Positions 32,700 to 43,960 of a stretch of DNA of 64,000 bases are shown here, piece after piece (the first letter of the stretch is position 1; the number at the start of each line of letters is the position of its first letter). The notes beneath the pieces were generated by a model. The model ran no database searches and was not told the origin of the DNA. It worked only from the letters and a program-made list of their open reading frames with translations. The position numbers were made by a program, and so were the translations under genes. Origin of the DNA: Geobacter sp. UBA698 (GTDB lineage Bacteria; Desulfobacterota; Desulfuromonadia; Geobacterales; Pseudopelobacteraceae); the NCBI GenBank assembly GCA_002298925.1, contig DBMM01000028.1, positions 3,713 to 67,712 of the forward strand, in the 5' to 3' direction.

Positions 32700-33596
32700 A
32701 TGATCGATAGTCGGGTGAGACTTTCTCACAAAATCATGCTGGCCCTGCTGATCACCTGTCTGCTGTTGGCGTTCACCGTCCTGAGGGTGCCGTCCGAGAC
32801 CTCCGAACCGGGCGCATCGCCGCTTGACAAGGCCAGAGAGGATCTTTCCCGCGTGGAGTATCCCAGCCTGGCCAGCGTTCGCTGGCATGCCCATTTCGTG
32901 GAGCCGCACGAAACATTGGAATCCCTGTTTGGCCCGGACTGGGTCTGGGTGGCGCGCCTGAACCGCATCGACCGGCGCCATGTCTATCCGGGCATGACCA
33001 TCAAGGTGCCCGACTCCATGGCCGATATCCGCGGCTATTCACCGCTGCCGCTTACCTATGAACCGGCCCGGCAGCACGAAAAATATATCCTGGTGGATAT
33101 CAGCGAGCAGTGGCTGGGCGCTTACGAGCAAGGCCGGCTTGTATTTTCGGCACCGGCCGCCACCGGCAAGGCCGGGACCGAGACCCCCACCGGCATATTC
33201 CGCATCGATGCACGTCATCTGACCCATAGCTCGTCACTCTACAAGACCGCCAACGACGAGGAGCAGTATCCGATGGACAACGCACTTCGTTTTCACATCG
33301 GCCCGGACAACGTTTCCTACTGGCTGCATGCCCGTGACCTTCCCGGCCGCCCCGCGTCCCATGGCTGCATCGGCCTGTACGACGAGGAGATGCAGAACCG
33401 GGTCTTCGGTACACCGCCGATGCCGGAGTTGCTGGACTCGCATAAACTTTACGAATGGGCCGCCGGCGAAGACGATTACGGCGATGATTACGGAGAACTG
33501 GAGGAACTGGAGGATGGTCCGGTGGTCGAGGTGCGCGGCAGTCTGCCCCGTTACCTGCCCCGAAGCAGGCCTCAGGCCGAACAGGCAAAACGGTAA
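32700..33596 (+). CDS. L,D-transpeptidase (YkuD) with a LysM domain
   Basis: LysM-like HETLESLFGPDWVWVARLNRIDRRHVYPGMTIKVP. YkuD catalytic motif SHGCIGLY. Confidence 0.8.
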   Translation: MIDSRVRLSHKIMLALLITCLLLAFTVLRVPSETSEPGASPLDKAREDLSRVEYPSLASVRWHAHFVEPHETLESLFGPDWVWVARLNRIDRRHVYPGMTIKVPDSMADIRGYSPLPLTYEPARQHEKYILVDISEQWLGAYEQGRLVFSAPAATGKAGTETPTGIFRIDARHLTHSSSLYKTANDEEQYPMDNALRFHIGPDNVSYWLHARDLPGRPASHGCIGLYDEEMQNRVFGTPPMPELLDSHKLYEWAAGEDDYGDDYGELEELEDGPVVEVRGSLPRYLPRSRPQAEQAKR

Positions 33597-33617
33597 CACC
33601 ATAAACAGGAGGTAATC

Positions 33618-34052
33618 ATGAAACGGATACTGATTGCGGGCGCACTGGCATGTGCCCTGTCAGCCCCGGCCAGCGCCGCCAGACAGGTATACCTCAAGGA
33701 TGGCGGCATCATCCGGGCCAGATCGGTCTGGCATTCCCAAGGCAGGGTGCATGTACTGATTAATCGGGATACCCTGACTGACTTCAACCCGAATGAAATC
33801 GACATGAAGCGCACCTTTCCGAAGCGCCAACGGCCGAGAGTCAAAAAGCCCGCTACGGCCGTTATTTCCCGAACAACAACATCTGCTTCGGCTGATGCCG
33901 ACGATCAGCAGAAACCGGGGGACAGGAAGCTTTCCGTGTCGCTGCCCAGCCTGCCATCTCTGCCGCAGAAAAGCCCCCCATCACTGGCGGACAAGGACGA
34001 AGTCAGCATCAGAAAGCATAAAAAGGAAATGGCGGAAAAACTAGGGGAGTAA
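33618..34052 (+). CDS. Hypothetical secreted protein
   Basis: RBS AGGAGG. Signal peptide MKRILIAGALACALSAPASAA. No family recognised. Confidence 0.5.
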   Translation: MKRILIAGALACALSAPASAARQVYLKDGGIIRARSVWHSQGRVHVLINRDTLTDFNPNEIDMKRTFPKRQRPRVKKPATAVISRTTTSASADADDQQKPGDRKLSVSLPSLPSLPQKSPPSLADKDEVSIRKHKKEMAEKLGE

Positions 34053-34109
34053 AGCAAGGAATCATGCTTCTGGCAGCCTACCGATCTGTAAGCCGCCAGA
34101 CGCAGTTAG

Positions 34110-35081
34110 CTAGGCAAGCCAGCGGGCAACATCTTTGGCATGATAGGTGATGATGATATCGGCGCCGGCCCGTTTGAAGGCCAGCATGGTTTCCAGCACA
34201 ACCCGCTGCTCATCGATCCAGCCGTTGGCGGCAGCGGCCTTGATCATACTGTATTCACCCGACACGTTGTAGACCGCCAGCGGCAGATTGTGCTCGTTGC
34301 GCAGGTCGCGCAGGATATCCAGATAAGGCAGGCCCGGCTTGACCATAATGATGTCGGCGCCTTCTTCGATATCCGCGGCTGCTTCGCGCAGCGCCTCCAG
34401 CCGGTTGGCCGGATCCATCTGGTAGCTGCGCCGGTCGCCGAACTGGGGGGTTGACTCGGCCGCCTCGCGGAAGGGGCCATAATAACCCGAAGCATATTTG
34501 ACCGCATAACTCATGATCGGAACGGCATCGTAACCGTTATCGTCCAGTTCCTCGCGAATGGCCGCCACCCGACCATCCATCATATCCGATGGTGCAACCA
34601 TGTCAGCCCCGGCCTTGACATGGGAGAGCGCCTCCTTCGCCAGCAGATCCAACGTCGAATCATTATCCACATCACCATCGATGATCAGGCCGCAGTGACC
34701 GTGATCGGTATATTCGCACAGGCAGACATCGGTTATGACCGCCAGGCCGGGAACCTCGCGCTTGATGGCACGGATCGTCTCCTGGATGATGCCGGTGTCC
34801 GAATAGGCGTCACTGCCGACAGCGTCCTTGGTCTCGGGGATACCGAACAGCAGCACAGCCGGAATGCCCAGGGCGTGGACCTCTTTGGCCTCTGCAACGA
34901 TGAACTCGATTGACTGCTGATAGATGCCCGGCATGGAGGAGACTTCCTTCTTGATGCCGCTGCCGAAGGCCGAAAACATTGGATAAACCAGATCATTGAC
35001 CGACAGGCTGGTCTCGCGGACCATCCGTCGGAAGACTTCGTTTCCACGGATCCTGCGCGCCCTGAATTGCGGGAAAAACAT
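34110..35081 (-). CDS. hemB: Porphobilinogen synthase (delta-aminolevulinate dehydratase)
   Basis: 323 aa with [30 protein letters not shown] and [10 protein letters not shown], typical of HemB. Confidence 0.92.
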   Translation of the reverse strand: MFFPQFRARRIRGNEVFRRMVRETSLSVNDLVYPMFSAFGSGIKKEVSSMPGIYQQSIEFIVAEAKEVHALGIPAVLLFGIPETKDAVGSDAYSDTGIIQETIRAIKREVPGLAVITDVCLCEYTDHGHCGLIIDGDVDNDSTLDLLAKEALSHVKAGADMVAPSDMMDGRVAAIREELDDNGYDAVPIMSYAVKYASGYYGPFREAAESTPQFGDRRSYQMDPANRLEALREAAADIEEGADIIMVKPGLPYLDILRDLRNEHNLPLAVYNVSGEYSMIKAAAANGWIDEQRVVLETMLAFKRAGADIIITYHAKDVARWLA

Positions 35082-35356
35082 AGTGCCTCCTCATGCCAAA
35101 CTTGAAATCACCGAAAAATTGTAATGCAAGCACGGGTAAAAATGCAAGGACCATGGGACAAATTGCATGCAAAACGCTATAAATTTCGCTGAGCGTGGTT
35201 GCATTCGATATACATGGTGGTAGAGTTTCTTTACTAATTGATAGAGAATAAGAAGACTAGAACTGTCTTTTTTGTTGCGTTAGACCAAAGATGGTGGTAA
35301 AAGAAGTCTAATCTTGGCTATTTTTTAATGACAAAATCACAAAGGAGAACACGCGC

Positions 35357-36640
35357 ATGAAAAAGAGAATCACCGCACTTGTAGCTTGTTCGCTGTTGGC
35401 CATGGCAACTGCCGCGTCAGCGGCCAACAAGGCAGAGACATTCTCACTGACACCAGTGGCCGGCGGCATCACCTTCGACGGCTCACAGCACCTGGAAACC
35501 CATCCGGTGTACGGCTTGCGGGCCGGCTACAACTTCACCAAGGCACTGGGCATCGAGGCGGTCTTTGATTACGCCCACACCAAATCCACTCTTGACGGCA
35601 GCAAAAAATTTGACTTCTTCCGTTACGGCGGTGATCTGCTCTACCATTTCATGCCCGACAACAATTTTGTACCCTACATTGCTGCAGGCTTTGCCGGCGC
35701 CAACTTCAAGGGAGCTGCCAACCCTCTTCCCAACAGCAACAAAATCAGAGGCGTATTTGATTACGGCTTGGGATTTAAATATTTCCTGGCAGAAAATTTC
35801 GCCCTGCGCGGCGACGTTCGCGGCTTGATGTACGCAAATAAATACGACAAAGTTGAAGATCTCTTGCACGCCGTTGAATATACCGCAGGCCTCTACCTTC
35901 CGTTCGGCGGTGTTGCTCCGGCACCCGTGCCGGTAGCCAAACCGGTTGAGCCGGAACCGGCACCGCCAGCCAAAATCGTCGAGACTCCGGCCGACAGCGA
36001 TGGCGACGGCGTACCAGACGCACTTGACAAATGCCCCAACACTCCTGCCGGCGTGAAGGTCGACAAAGACGGCTGCCCGCTTGACTCCGACGGCGACGGC
36101 GTACCCGACTACCTCGACAAGTGCCCCGACACCCCGACCGGCGTGAAAGTCGACAAGGACGGCTGCCCGCTTGACTCCGACGGCGACGGCGTACCCGACT
36201 ACCTCGACAAGTGCCCCAATACCCCGGCCGGCGTGAAGGTAGACAAAGACGGCTGTCCCCCTCCTGCCATGGCGGCTGCCATTGAAAAGTACTGCAGCAA
36301 GCCGGCTGTTGTTTTTGTTGAATTCGACACCGACAAGGCCGTCATCAAGACCAAATATGACAGCGACCTCAATAAGCTCGGCGATTTCCTCAAGGAATTC
36401 ACCAAGGCTAAAGGCGAGATTTCCGGCCACACCGACAGCGTTGGCACCCAGAAATACAACCAGAAGCTGTCCGAGCGCCGTGCCGCCAGCGTCAAGAAAT
36501 ATCTCGTCGACAAGTACGGCATTGATACCCAGCGTATCACCACCAAAGGTTATGGCGAACTGAAGCCGGTTGCCAGCAACAAAACCAAGGAAGGCAGAGC
36601 CAAGAACCGCCGCATCGAAACCAACTTCACCTGCGATTAA
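35357..36640 (+). CDS. OmpA-family outer membrane protein with three thrombospondin type-3 repeats
   Basis: Signal peptide, an N-terminal beta-barrel-like region, three copies of DSDGDGVPDxLDKCPxTPxGVKVDKDGCP, and a C-terminal OmpA domain (GHTDSVGTQKYNQKLSERRA). Confidence 0.88.
   Translation: MKKRITALVACSLLAMATAASAANKAETFSLTPVAGGITFDGSQHLETHPVYGLRAGYNFTKALGIEAVFDYAHTKSTLDGSKKFDFFRYGGDLLYHFMPDNNFVPYIAAGFAGANFKGAANPLPNSNKIRGVFDYGLGFKYFLAENFALRGDVRGLMYANKYDKVEDLLHAVEYTAGLYLPFGGVAPAPVPVAKPVEPEPAPPAKIVETPADSDGDGVPDALDKCPNTPAGVKVDKDGCPLDSDGDGVPDYLDKCPDTPTGVKVDKDGCPLDSDGDGVPDYLDKCPNTPAGVKVDKDGCPPPAMAAAIEKYCSKPAVVFVEFDTDKAVIKTKYDSDLNKLGDFLKEFTKAKGEISGHTDSVGTQKYNQKLSERRAASVKKYLVDKYGIDTQRITTKGYGELKPVASNKTKEGRAKNRRIETNFTCD
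35993..36262 (+). repeat. Three tandem 90-nt coding repeats (TSP3 modules) inside the OmpA gene
   Basis: Units at 35993-36082, 36083-36172 and 36173-36262. Units 2 and 3 are nearly identical at the DNA level. Confidence 0.85.
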
Positions 36641-36670
36641 CACGAAGCAGCTGACAACGGTATGAACGAC

Positions 36671-36703
36671 AAAGGCCCTTCCGGATTCCGGAAGGGCCTT
36701 TGT
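36671..36703. terminator. Bidirectional terminator between the OmpA and LarA-like genes
   Basis: AAAGGCCCTTCCGG, ATT loop, CCGGAAGGGCCTTT: a perfect 14-bp stem. Confidence 0.7.
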
Positions 36704-36730
36704 CGTAGTATGGATACCTATTGTTCCAAT

Positions 36731-37993
36731 TCAGCCGGCGCTTACCGGCAGCAGGCTGCCCCCCTCCGGCATGACCAAAGCCCGCCACTCCGCGGGCAAC
36801 AACCTCTCCGCGATTCCAAGCGCGGCATCAAGTGATTCGGCCGGGATCATCCCCATGGCCTCCACCTGCTGGGCACTGAAACGGGACACCAGTATGATCC
36901 GGAAACGGAGCGCCTTGTGCAGGATGGAATAGGCTGTCTGTCCGTTGATCTCATACTGGTCGCGCAGCGCCGCTTCAAATTCCTCCAAGCGCTTATGGCG
37001 AAACCAGCTGAAAAAGGTGTCATTGCCGAAACCATCGCGACACTCCGCCAAAAAAATCATCACCCCGCCCTCCCTGAGGGCCTGGGAGGCATATTCCATC
37101 GACTTGTGGGCCTGGATCAGATTGATGTCCTTGGGATAGCCGCCGCAGGAAACAATTACCAGATCAGCCTTAGCTGAGATCGGAAAGGAAAAGCGCTCCC
37201 GGTAATAGCGACAGCCCTCCTCGTGGGCTGTGCGCCAATGGCCGCCAAAGGCGGCCATGATGCTCTTGTCCGCGGCGAGCACGGTATTGAGGATGAAATC
37301 CGGCTCAGCCATGGCACACGCTTCCAGCATGGCCTGATGCACCGGATTACCTTCCAGATTGCCGGTGGTTGCCAGGGGGTTTTTACCGCTGCCCGGTCGG
37401 GGATTGAGTACGGCAAAATGGCTGGCCATGCAGGACTGGCGGCTGGCTATGCCCGGCAGAACGGATTTGCGGCCACCGCCGAAACCGGCAAAGTAATGGA
37501 AACCAATCACTCCGGTCAGGATCAGACGGTCAGCTTCCACTGCATGCCGATTGATATTGACCTCGATCCCGTTGGAGGTTTTGCCGATGTAGGCCAGCCC
37601 GGGCTGGTGATCGCAGTCGTGATCAAAGACGCGCACCCGCTTGTGGAGGGGCCCGACTATCTTCTGGTGTTCATGATCGCTCTGCTTGCGGTGGATACCA
37701 AGTGCGATCAGGATCTCAATCGCACTGTCCGGAATGCCCTGCCGGTTGAGTCGCTCCACCAGCAATGGAAGATAGATCTCGCTGGCTGTGTAGCGGGTGA
37801 TGTCGGAGGTGACTATGACCACCTTGTCCCCCGCGGCAAAGTCCGAAATGGTTGACTGGCAGTCATCGAGCACTCCGGCAACGATCTCGTGCGGGGACTG
37901 CAGCGAAGTGGGGTTGGCCGATTCGATTATACCGGCCAGGCGCTCCGGGGGAAGGGAGAGGGAAAATGAGGTTGATCCGTACTTGAGATCCAC
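36731..37993 (-). CDS. LarA-like nickel-pincer-cofactor-dependent racemase/epimerase family protein (DUF2088)
   Basis: 420 aa with a GTG start. GFHYFAGFGGGRKSVLPG and IQAHKSMEYA resemble the LarA family. Confidence 0.7.
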   Translation of the reverse strand: MDLKYGSTSFSLSLPPERLAGIIESANPTSLQSPHEIVAGVLDDCQSTISDFAAGDKVVIVTSDITRYTASEIYLPLLVERLNRQGIPDSAIEILIALGIHRKQSDHEHQKIVGPLHKRVRVFDHDCDHQPGLAYIGKTSNGIEVNINRHAVEADRLILTGVIGFHYFAGFGGGRKSVLPGIASRQSCMASHFAVLNPRPGSGKNPLATTGNLEGNPVHQAMLEACAMAEPDFILNTVLAADKSIMAAFGGHWRTAHEEGCRYYRERFSFPISAKADLVIVSCGGYPKDINLIQAHKSMEYASQALREGGVMIFLAECRDGFGNDTFFSWFRHKRLEEFEAALRDQYEINGQTAYSILHKALRFRIILVSRFSAQQVEAMGMIPAESLDAALGIAERLLPAEWRALVMPEGGSLLPVSAG

Positions 37994-38049
37994 GATGTGT
38001 ACCCGCCTTTATGGTGCGACACAAGATCGAACATGCAAGAAAACACAAA

Positions 38050-38120
38050 TAAACAGGGATGCAACAGGAATAACTGGATGTAATCTAGCAGACATCCTGT
38101 CGATTCTGTGCATCCCTGTT
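38050..38120 (-). terminator. Nested stem-loop, probable terminator of the gdh-ytxH transcript
   Basis: 13-bp outer stem AAACAGGGATGCA/TGCATCCCTGTTT with an inner GGATGT/ACATCC hairpin. The minus-strand reading is followed by a T-rich tract. Confidence 0.5.
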
Positions 38121-38182
38121 TAAACCGGATTTACCTCCGGAGTTCTTTGAGGCCGCTAAGGAACAAGGCCTTGAGACGGTGA

Positions 38183-38428
38183 CTATATCCAGGCATCTCC
38201 GCCGTCGTACTGGAATTCATCGCCTTTGCTCTTGCAGCGCGCCCTGAATTTGGCCTCACGGGCCAACCGCTTCATCTTATCTGCGGCGTTTTCCTTGATA
38301 TCACTCAACTTTTCACGAACTTCGCGGCCTGGCGCGGGTGCGAGAAGAAGCGCTGCGGCCGCACCGATCACGGCACCGGAGACGAAGGCGATGACTGCTG
38401 CTGCGGCGTTATCATTGCTGGAAGACAT
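38183..38428 (-). CDS. YtxH-domain protein (small membrane-anchored stress-type protein)
   Basis: ATG at 38428 preceded by AAGGAG. AAAAVIAFVSGAVIGAAAALLLAPAPGREVREKL is typical of YtxH. Confidence 0.65.
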   Translation of the reverse strand: MSSSNDNAAAAVIAFVSGAVIGAAAALLLAPAPGREVREKLSDIKENAADKMKRLAREAKFRARCKSKGDEFQYDGGDAWI

Positions 38429-38535
38429 GACGAACTCCTTTATCTGCGTAGTATTCTTTACACATGCATATACCAAAACTACTTCTAGCACAGCCGGCAG
38501 CTGAAATAAAAGCAGTTTTTTCATCAAACCCGCGC

Positions 38536-41511
38536 TCAAAAAATTCGTGCCAGATGCCTCCTGACCATATCCTCGAAATCCGCATCACGACTGCCGCTGT
38601 AGACCAGGGATGAGCCGATCTCCGCCGCCGCTATGGCGCACAGATATTTCACCGGCAGCCGGCGGATCCGTTTTCTGAAAGCCGGCGTTCCGGTGAGCAG
38701 TAACGGCAGATGCCTCAGCAGCGCCAGGCGGAAGGGGTGCTGCAGACAGAGCTCCGGCCTGGCCGAAAAAAACTCGAACAGACGGGTATAGTAACTGTTG
38801 ATATTCTGGCTGATGGTATCGGAAATCTCGGTAAACAGCAGGCTGCCCCCTGATTCGCGCTGCCGCCGCAGAATCAGCCGGGCCTCATCAACGGCCCGTT
38901 TCTCCAGGATGACCAGCACGTCCCGCACATAGGCCTCCTTGTGCTCCAGAAACTCCCGCTCGGACAACAGCAGATTGGCGATGATCTCGTAGGAGGAGGA
39001 GATCACGCCGCACTTGTTGGCCGAAGCGTCACGCATGATGACAACCCCCTTTTTCTGCAGCTGGACCCTGGCCTCGGGAGTGATGAAGGAATTGGCCCCT
39101 TCCACGATGACCCCTGACGAGGGGCGCCCGTCTGCATCCAGGAACTGGGACCAGTTCTGGGCGTCAATGGTCTCCGGCCGGCCGCCGGCCGGGATGAACA
39201 GGTCCGCCGCTACCGTGAACACCAGGTTGTTGTATTCGCGGTAGAAATCGTCCATGTCCAGCCACTCTTCCACCAGACCATCGGCCGTGCGGCTGACCTT
39301 GCGATGGGTTTCCTTGAGCCCCTCCAAACGCCGGCCGGTACGGTAGATGATGAAAGCTCCCACCCCCAGACATTCGGGATCAAAGGTATTCAGATCGTGA
39401 GCCAGCACCAGACGTCCCAGCTCCGCACGCTGGATGCCGTTCGGATCACAGAGGGCCGCGGTACCGTCCAGGATCAGTCGCACCCGCATGCCGGGGCACT
39501 CTGCCAGCATGAGCCGCAGTGAGTTGCCGGCCACGTCGCCGTTTGGTCCTCCAGTCATTTTCAGCGTGAAGGTGTCGCGGGAAATGTCGATGCCGGCCGA
39601 CTCGGCCATGGTGATGCGGGCAAAGGCGACCACACCGGTGGAGGTAACTCCGTACTCCTTGTGGTTGATGCCGACCCGCTTGCTGGACATGATGCCGATG
39701 CCCAGCAGATATCCCCGTTTTTTGGACAGGCTGGCAATGGCCTCGATCATCCCATCGTGCATGTTCTCATCCGGTCCGATCTCGATCGGCTCGTCGTCAC
39801 CATAGTAGTCGACCACCCGCCGGTCTCTGACCCGGCCGTTTTCCGTTACGAAAATATCCAGAAAGGCATTGGCAATGCCGTACTGGAGCTTGTAGAGACG
39901 GCTGTTCTCCTCTTCCCCGCCAGGCTGATCCAGGTCCGAGGCATCCAGCACCAGGGCCATCTTGGAACCACCCTCGTAAATATCCTTGTTCTTGAAGTGC
40001 TGGGTATTGGCCAGCACATACACCTCGCGGAAGATGGTGTTGGCGGCGGTGATAAAATCATCGGCGCTGCGGGCGATGACAGTGCGCCACCCTCCCCGGG
40101 CGATATCGGAAAAACCGATATGGTAGCCGCAACCGAAGCGGCTGAAGAAGAAGGTGACCCGGAAGGGGCGCGTCTCGGGCAGGTCGGAGGTGAATTCACG
40201 ATCCAGAGCCTGCAGATAGGCCGGATCAAGGCGGAAAGCCAGGGCCTGCTTTTCAACCACGAAGAAGTTGGTCTTTAAGGTGTGGGTTATCAGCAGCAGA
40301 CAGCAGCGATAGACGGCCCGGCGGATGTCATCCAGCCAGCGGTGGCCGGTGGTATAGCCTTCAGCCGCCTCACTGGTCTCAGCCAACATGGTGCCATAGA
40401 GCGTCTGCCGGTCATCCAGGGCAGGATCGAAACGTGTCCGGAACAAGCGCAGCATCATCTGGGCCATCTCCGGGTGATCATAGAAGGCCCGCTGGACATC
40501 CTCCAGACCGAAACGGTCAGGCTGGTTATGGGCCAGACTGGTGTGGCAGAAAGCGATAAAGGCGTTGATCAGGGCCGCATCCTCGCCGGACATGACCCCC
40601 TCGGTAACGAAATCGCGGTAAATGGCCGAGGTGGTGGATATCAGCTGGGTTGTACAGAGTTCGCCCATCAGCTGAGCGGCCAGTTCGCTGTCCGGCGCTA
40701 CAGCGCCCCCTTTGCGGTTCACGACGAAAAACGAACCGAGAAAATAGGGATGGATGCCATTGGAGATGGTCAGACAGTAGGCCCGGCGGATCCCCACGCC
40801 CAGCCGGTTGAAAACCTCCAGAACCTGCAGCAGAAAATCCTGCTGGTGCGGATTGCCCACGGCAAACAGCACCCGCGTCTCAGGGCTGCCGCTGTGATTT
40901 ACCTCGCTGACATCCAGAAACAGCCCCCCGGCGGCATTGCCTCGCTCAAACAGCCAGACCAGCCAGGCCATGCGCGACGGCTGTGACATGCGGATGAAAT
41001 TTTCGTTGTTGAGCCAGAGGATCTTCAGCAGAGAGTCGAGTTTTTTAAGATTGAAATCAGGGAAGGAGCTGCGCAGTTCGGCCCGGATCCTGTGTACCAG
41101 CGCGGCCGGAATGTCCACAGCGCGTTTCAGGTCGATGGCGCTGTTGGGGCGACGGTCAAACTCGAAACGCTGCACCTCCAGTTCCTCCTCCATGCCCGGC
41201 ATGGCAACATTGGAATGGGAAAACATGGCATAGGATATCTCCCGCTCTCCGACCCTCCGCAGGGTCTCGTAGAGCGAGCCGGCCCGGTTGACGCAGGCCA
41301 GCACCAGCAGCTTTTCACGGTCCACCAGGATCACCCGCTGATTGATGCGCAGCCGCGACATGTCCCGGGCCAGCCAGGCCAGGGCCTCCTGTTCGTCCTC
41401 CATGGCCTGGAAAAAGTAAGGGCTCATGTGCTGCTGGAGCCAGGCCGCGTTTGCTTCGGCGCGTTCCTGCTCTTTTCGGGCGGTTTTACGGATGATGGCC
41501 GGCAGATTCAT
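38536..41511 (-). CDS. Large NAD-specific glutamate dehydrogenase (about 110 kDa class)
   Basis: ATG at 41511 preceded by AAGGAGG. 991 aa with GGSKMALVLD, GPDENMHDGMIE, KEYGVTSTGV and MTGGPNGDVAGN, as in the large bacterial NAD-GDH family. Confidence 0.75.
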   Translation of the reverse strand: MNLPAIIRKTARKEQERAEANAAWLQQHMSPYFFQAMEDEQEALAWLARDMSRLRINQRVILVDREKLLVLACVNRAGSLYETLRRVGEREISYAMFSHSNVAMPGMEEELEVQRFEFDRRPNSAIDLKRAVDIPAALVHRIRAELRSSFPDFNLKKLDSLLKILWLNNENFIRMSQPSRMAWLVWLFERGNAAGGLFLDVSEVNHSGSPETRVLFAVGNPHQQDFLLQVLEVFNRLGVGIRRAYCLTISNGIHPYFLGSFFVVNRKGGAVAPDSELAAQLMGELCTTQLISTTSAIYRDFVTEGVMSGEDAALINAFIAFCHTSLAHNQPDRFGLEDVQRAFYDHPEMAQMMLRLFRTRFDPALDDRQTLYGTMLAETSEAAEGYTTGHRWLDDIRRAVYRCCLLLITHTLKTNFFVVEKQALAFRLDPAYLQALDREFTSDLPETRPFRVTFFFSRFGCGYHIGFSDIARGGWRTVIARSADDFITAANTIFREVYVLANTQHFKNKDIYEGGSKMALVLDASDLDQPGGEEENSRLYKLQYGIANAFLDIFVTENGRVRDRRVVDYYGDDEPIEIGPDENMHDGMIEAIASLSKKRGYLLGIGIMSSKRVGINHKEYGVTSTGVVAFARITMAESAGIDISRDTFTLKMTGGPNGDVAGNSLRLMLAECPGMRVRLILDGTAALCDPNGIQRAELGRLVLAHDLNTFDPECLGVGAFIIYRTGRRLEGLKETHRKVSRTADGLVEEWLDMDDFYREYNNLVFTVAADLFIPAGGRPETIDAQNWSQFLDADGRPSSGVIVEGANSFITPEARVQLQKKGVVIMRDASANKCGVISSSYEIIANLLLSEREFLEHKEAYVRDVLVILEKRAVDEARLILRRQRESGGSLLFTEISDTISQNINSYYTRLFEFFSARPELCLQHPFRLALLRHLPLLLTGTPAFRKRIRRLPVKYLCAIAAAEIGSSLVYSGSRDADFEDMVRRHLARIF

Positions 41512-41676
41512 TAAAAGCCTCCTTGTAAGCCGGAATGGCGATGGACGCATCATATACCGGCAAAGCCCACCCGGCAATGCCGTATTGACAGATTTAACCC
41601 ACTGACAAAAGGCGCTTTCTTCCTTGCAATTGCCAGATGACTCTGGTAGGCTTTTCAGTCTTCATTTTTCCGATAG

Positions 41677-42744
<1,068 letters not shown>

Positions 42745-42758
42745 CATACCGAGACAGC

Positions 42759-42864
42759 GAGGCACAGAGGCAATGACAGACGTCTGCATCCCATCGACGT
42801 TCAGCGACAAGCAATCTAGCCGGACGTCATGCATTTTCGTCTGCCTGCAGTTGCTCTGTGCCTC
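42759..42864. repeat. Long imperfect inverted repeat (about 105-nt stem-loop) downstream of mreB
   Basis: GAGGCACAGAGGCAA (42759-42773) pairs with TTGCTCTGTGCCTC (42851-42864). An additional inner CAGACG/CGTCTG pairing is possible. Confidence 0.5.
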
Positions 42865-42901
42865 CCTGCCTCAGTGACAGTAACTTCACCCTGCCGCTGA
42901 T

Positions 42902-43960
42902 ATGCAAACTCCCTCTGTCGACATAATCGTTCCGGTCTGGAACAATCCCTTTGTAACCCGCGCCTGTCTGGCCTCGATTCTGACCCATTCGCCCGAAGCA
43001 CGGCTGATCATTGTCGCCAGCGGCAGCAGCCGCGAAACCGAGCTGATGCTGGAGGAGTTTTCCGAGCCCCTGGGCGAACGGGGCCTGTTCATCATCTCCG
43101 ACCGCAATGTGGGCCTGGTGCCATCCATCAACATGGGGCTGTCCCGCTCCGACAGCGACTACGCCGTCATCCTGCGGCCCCAGGTCCAGGTTCCGGCCGG
43201 CTGGCTGGCCGGACTGCTGGAAGCGGCCCAGGACGGAATTGGCACGCCGCTTCTTAGCGGCAATGGCGCCCCGCAGCTGCCCGCCATGACCCGCGGCTGC
43301 AGCCAGATGGAAACCTTCAGCGCATCTTTTTTCGCACTGGCACTCAAGGGAGAGATGCACATGCTTTTGGGCGGCCTGGACGAGCGGCTGGACAACGCTG
43401 AATGGTGCCTGAAGGATTATCTGCGCCGCGCCTGGAGCAAAGGTTACCGCACCAGCATCAGCGCCCGCACCACCCTGGAATGCCAGCCCGTACAGGTCTT
43501 CGGCTCAAAAGAACGGCTGTCGGAAATTGCCCGGGCCAGCCAGGCTATCTACCGCCAGCGCTGGGGTAGCTTCCGGCATTACGGCATCTATTTCGGTCGC
43601 AGCACCGAAGCCGCCAGCCTGGCCGAAGCCATCGAAACCATCCTGGAAGGCGCCCGCCAGGGACACAGGTTCACCCTGCTGCTGCATCGACGCCAGATCG
43701 CAGATTTTCGCCGCCTGGGGTGGAGCGGCCTGCACACCGGCATTGAACTGCAGTCGCTGTCGCTGCTGGCTCCCCGCCGCGATCTGCACAGAAAGCTGGC
43801 GGCGCTGCAAACCGCTTTCCCGGACATGGTCATGGTGCGCGGGGCCGAAGGGATCGAGTTGCCCGGATCCGTTCCGGCCCCCCTCTTCAGCGAGGTGGCC
43901 GCCGTCCTGGGACGGACCAGCCCTACATCCAACCAAAACGGAGACCACTATGCTCAATGA
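42902..43960 (+). CDS. Family 2 glycosyltransferase
   Basis: [22 protein letters not shown] is a GT2 N-terminal signature. Its stop overlaps the gmhA start by 11 nt. Confidence 0.72.
   Translation: MQTPSVDIIVPVWNNPFVTRACLASILTHSPEARLIIVASGSSRETELMLEEFSEPLGERGLFIISDRNVGLVPSINMGLSRSDSDYAVILRPQVQVPAGWLAGLLEAAQDGIGTPLLSGNGAPQLPAMTRGCSQMETFSASFFALALKGEMHMLLGGLDERLDNAEWCLKDYLRRAWSKGYRTSISARTTLECQPVQVFGSKERLSEIARASQAIYRQRWGSFRHYGIYFGRSTEAASLAEAIETILEGARQGHRFTLLLHRRQIADFRRLGWSGLHTGIELQSLSLLAPRRDLHRKLAALQTAFPDMVMVRGAEGIELPGSVPAPLFSEVAAVLGRTSPTSNQNGDHYAQ

Noticed and set aside
35993-36262. Tandem repeats considered as a possible CRISPR or VNTR array.
   Set aside because: The repeats are in frame within the OmpA gene, are 90 nt long with no spacers, and encode TSP3 calcium-binding modules. 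They are not a CRISPR array.
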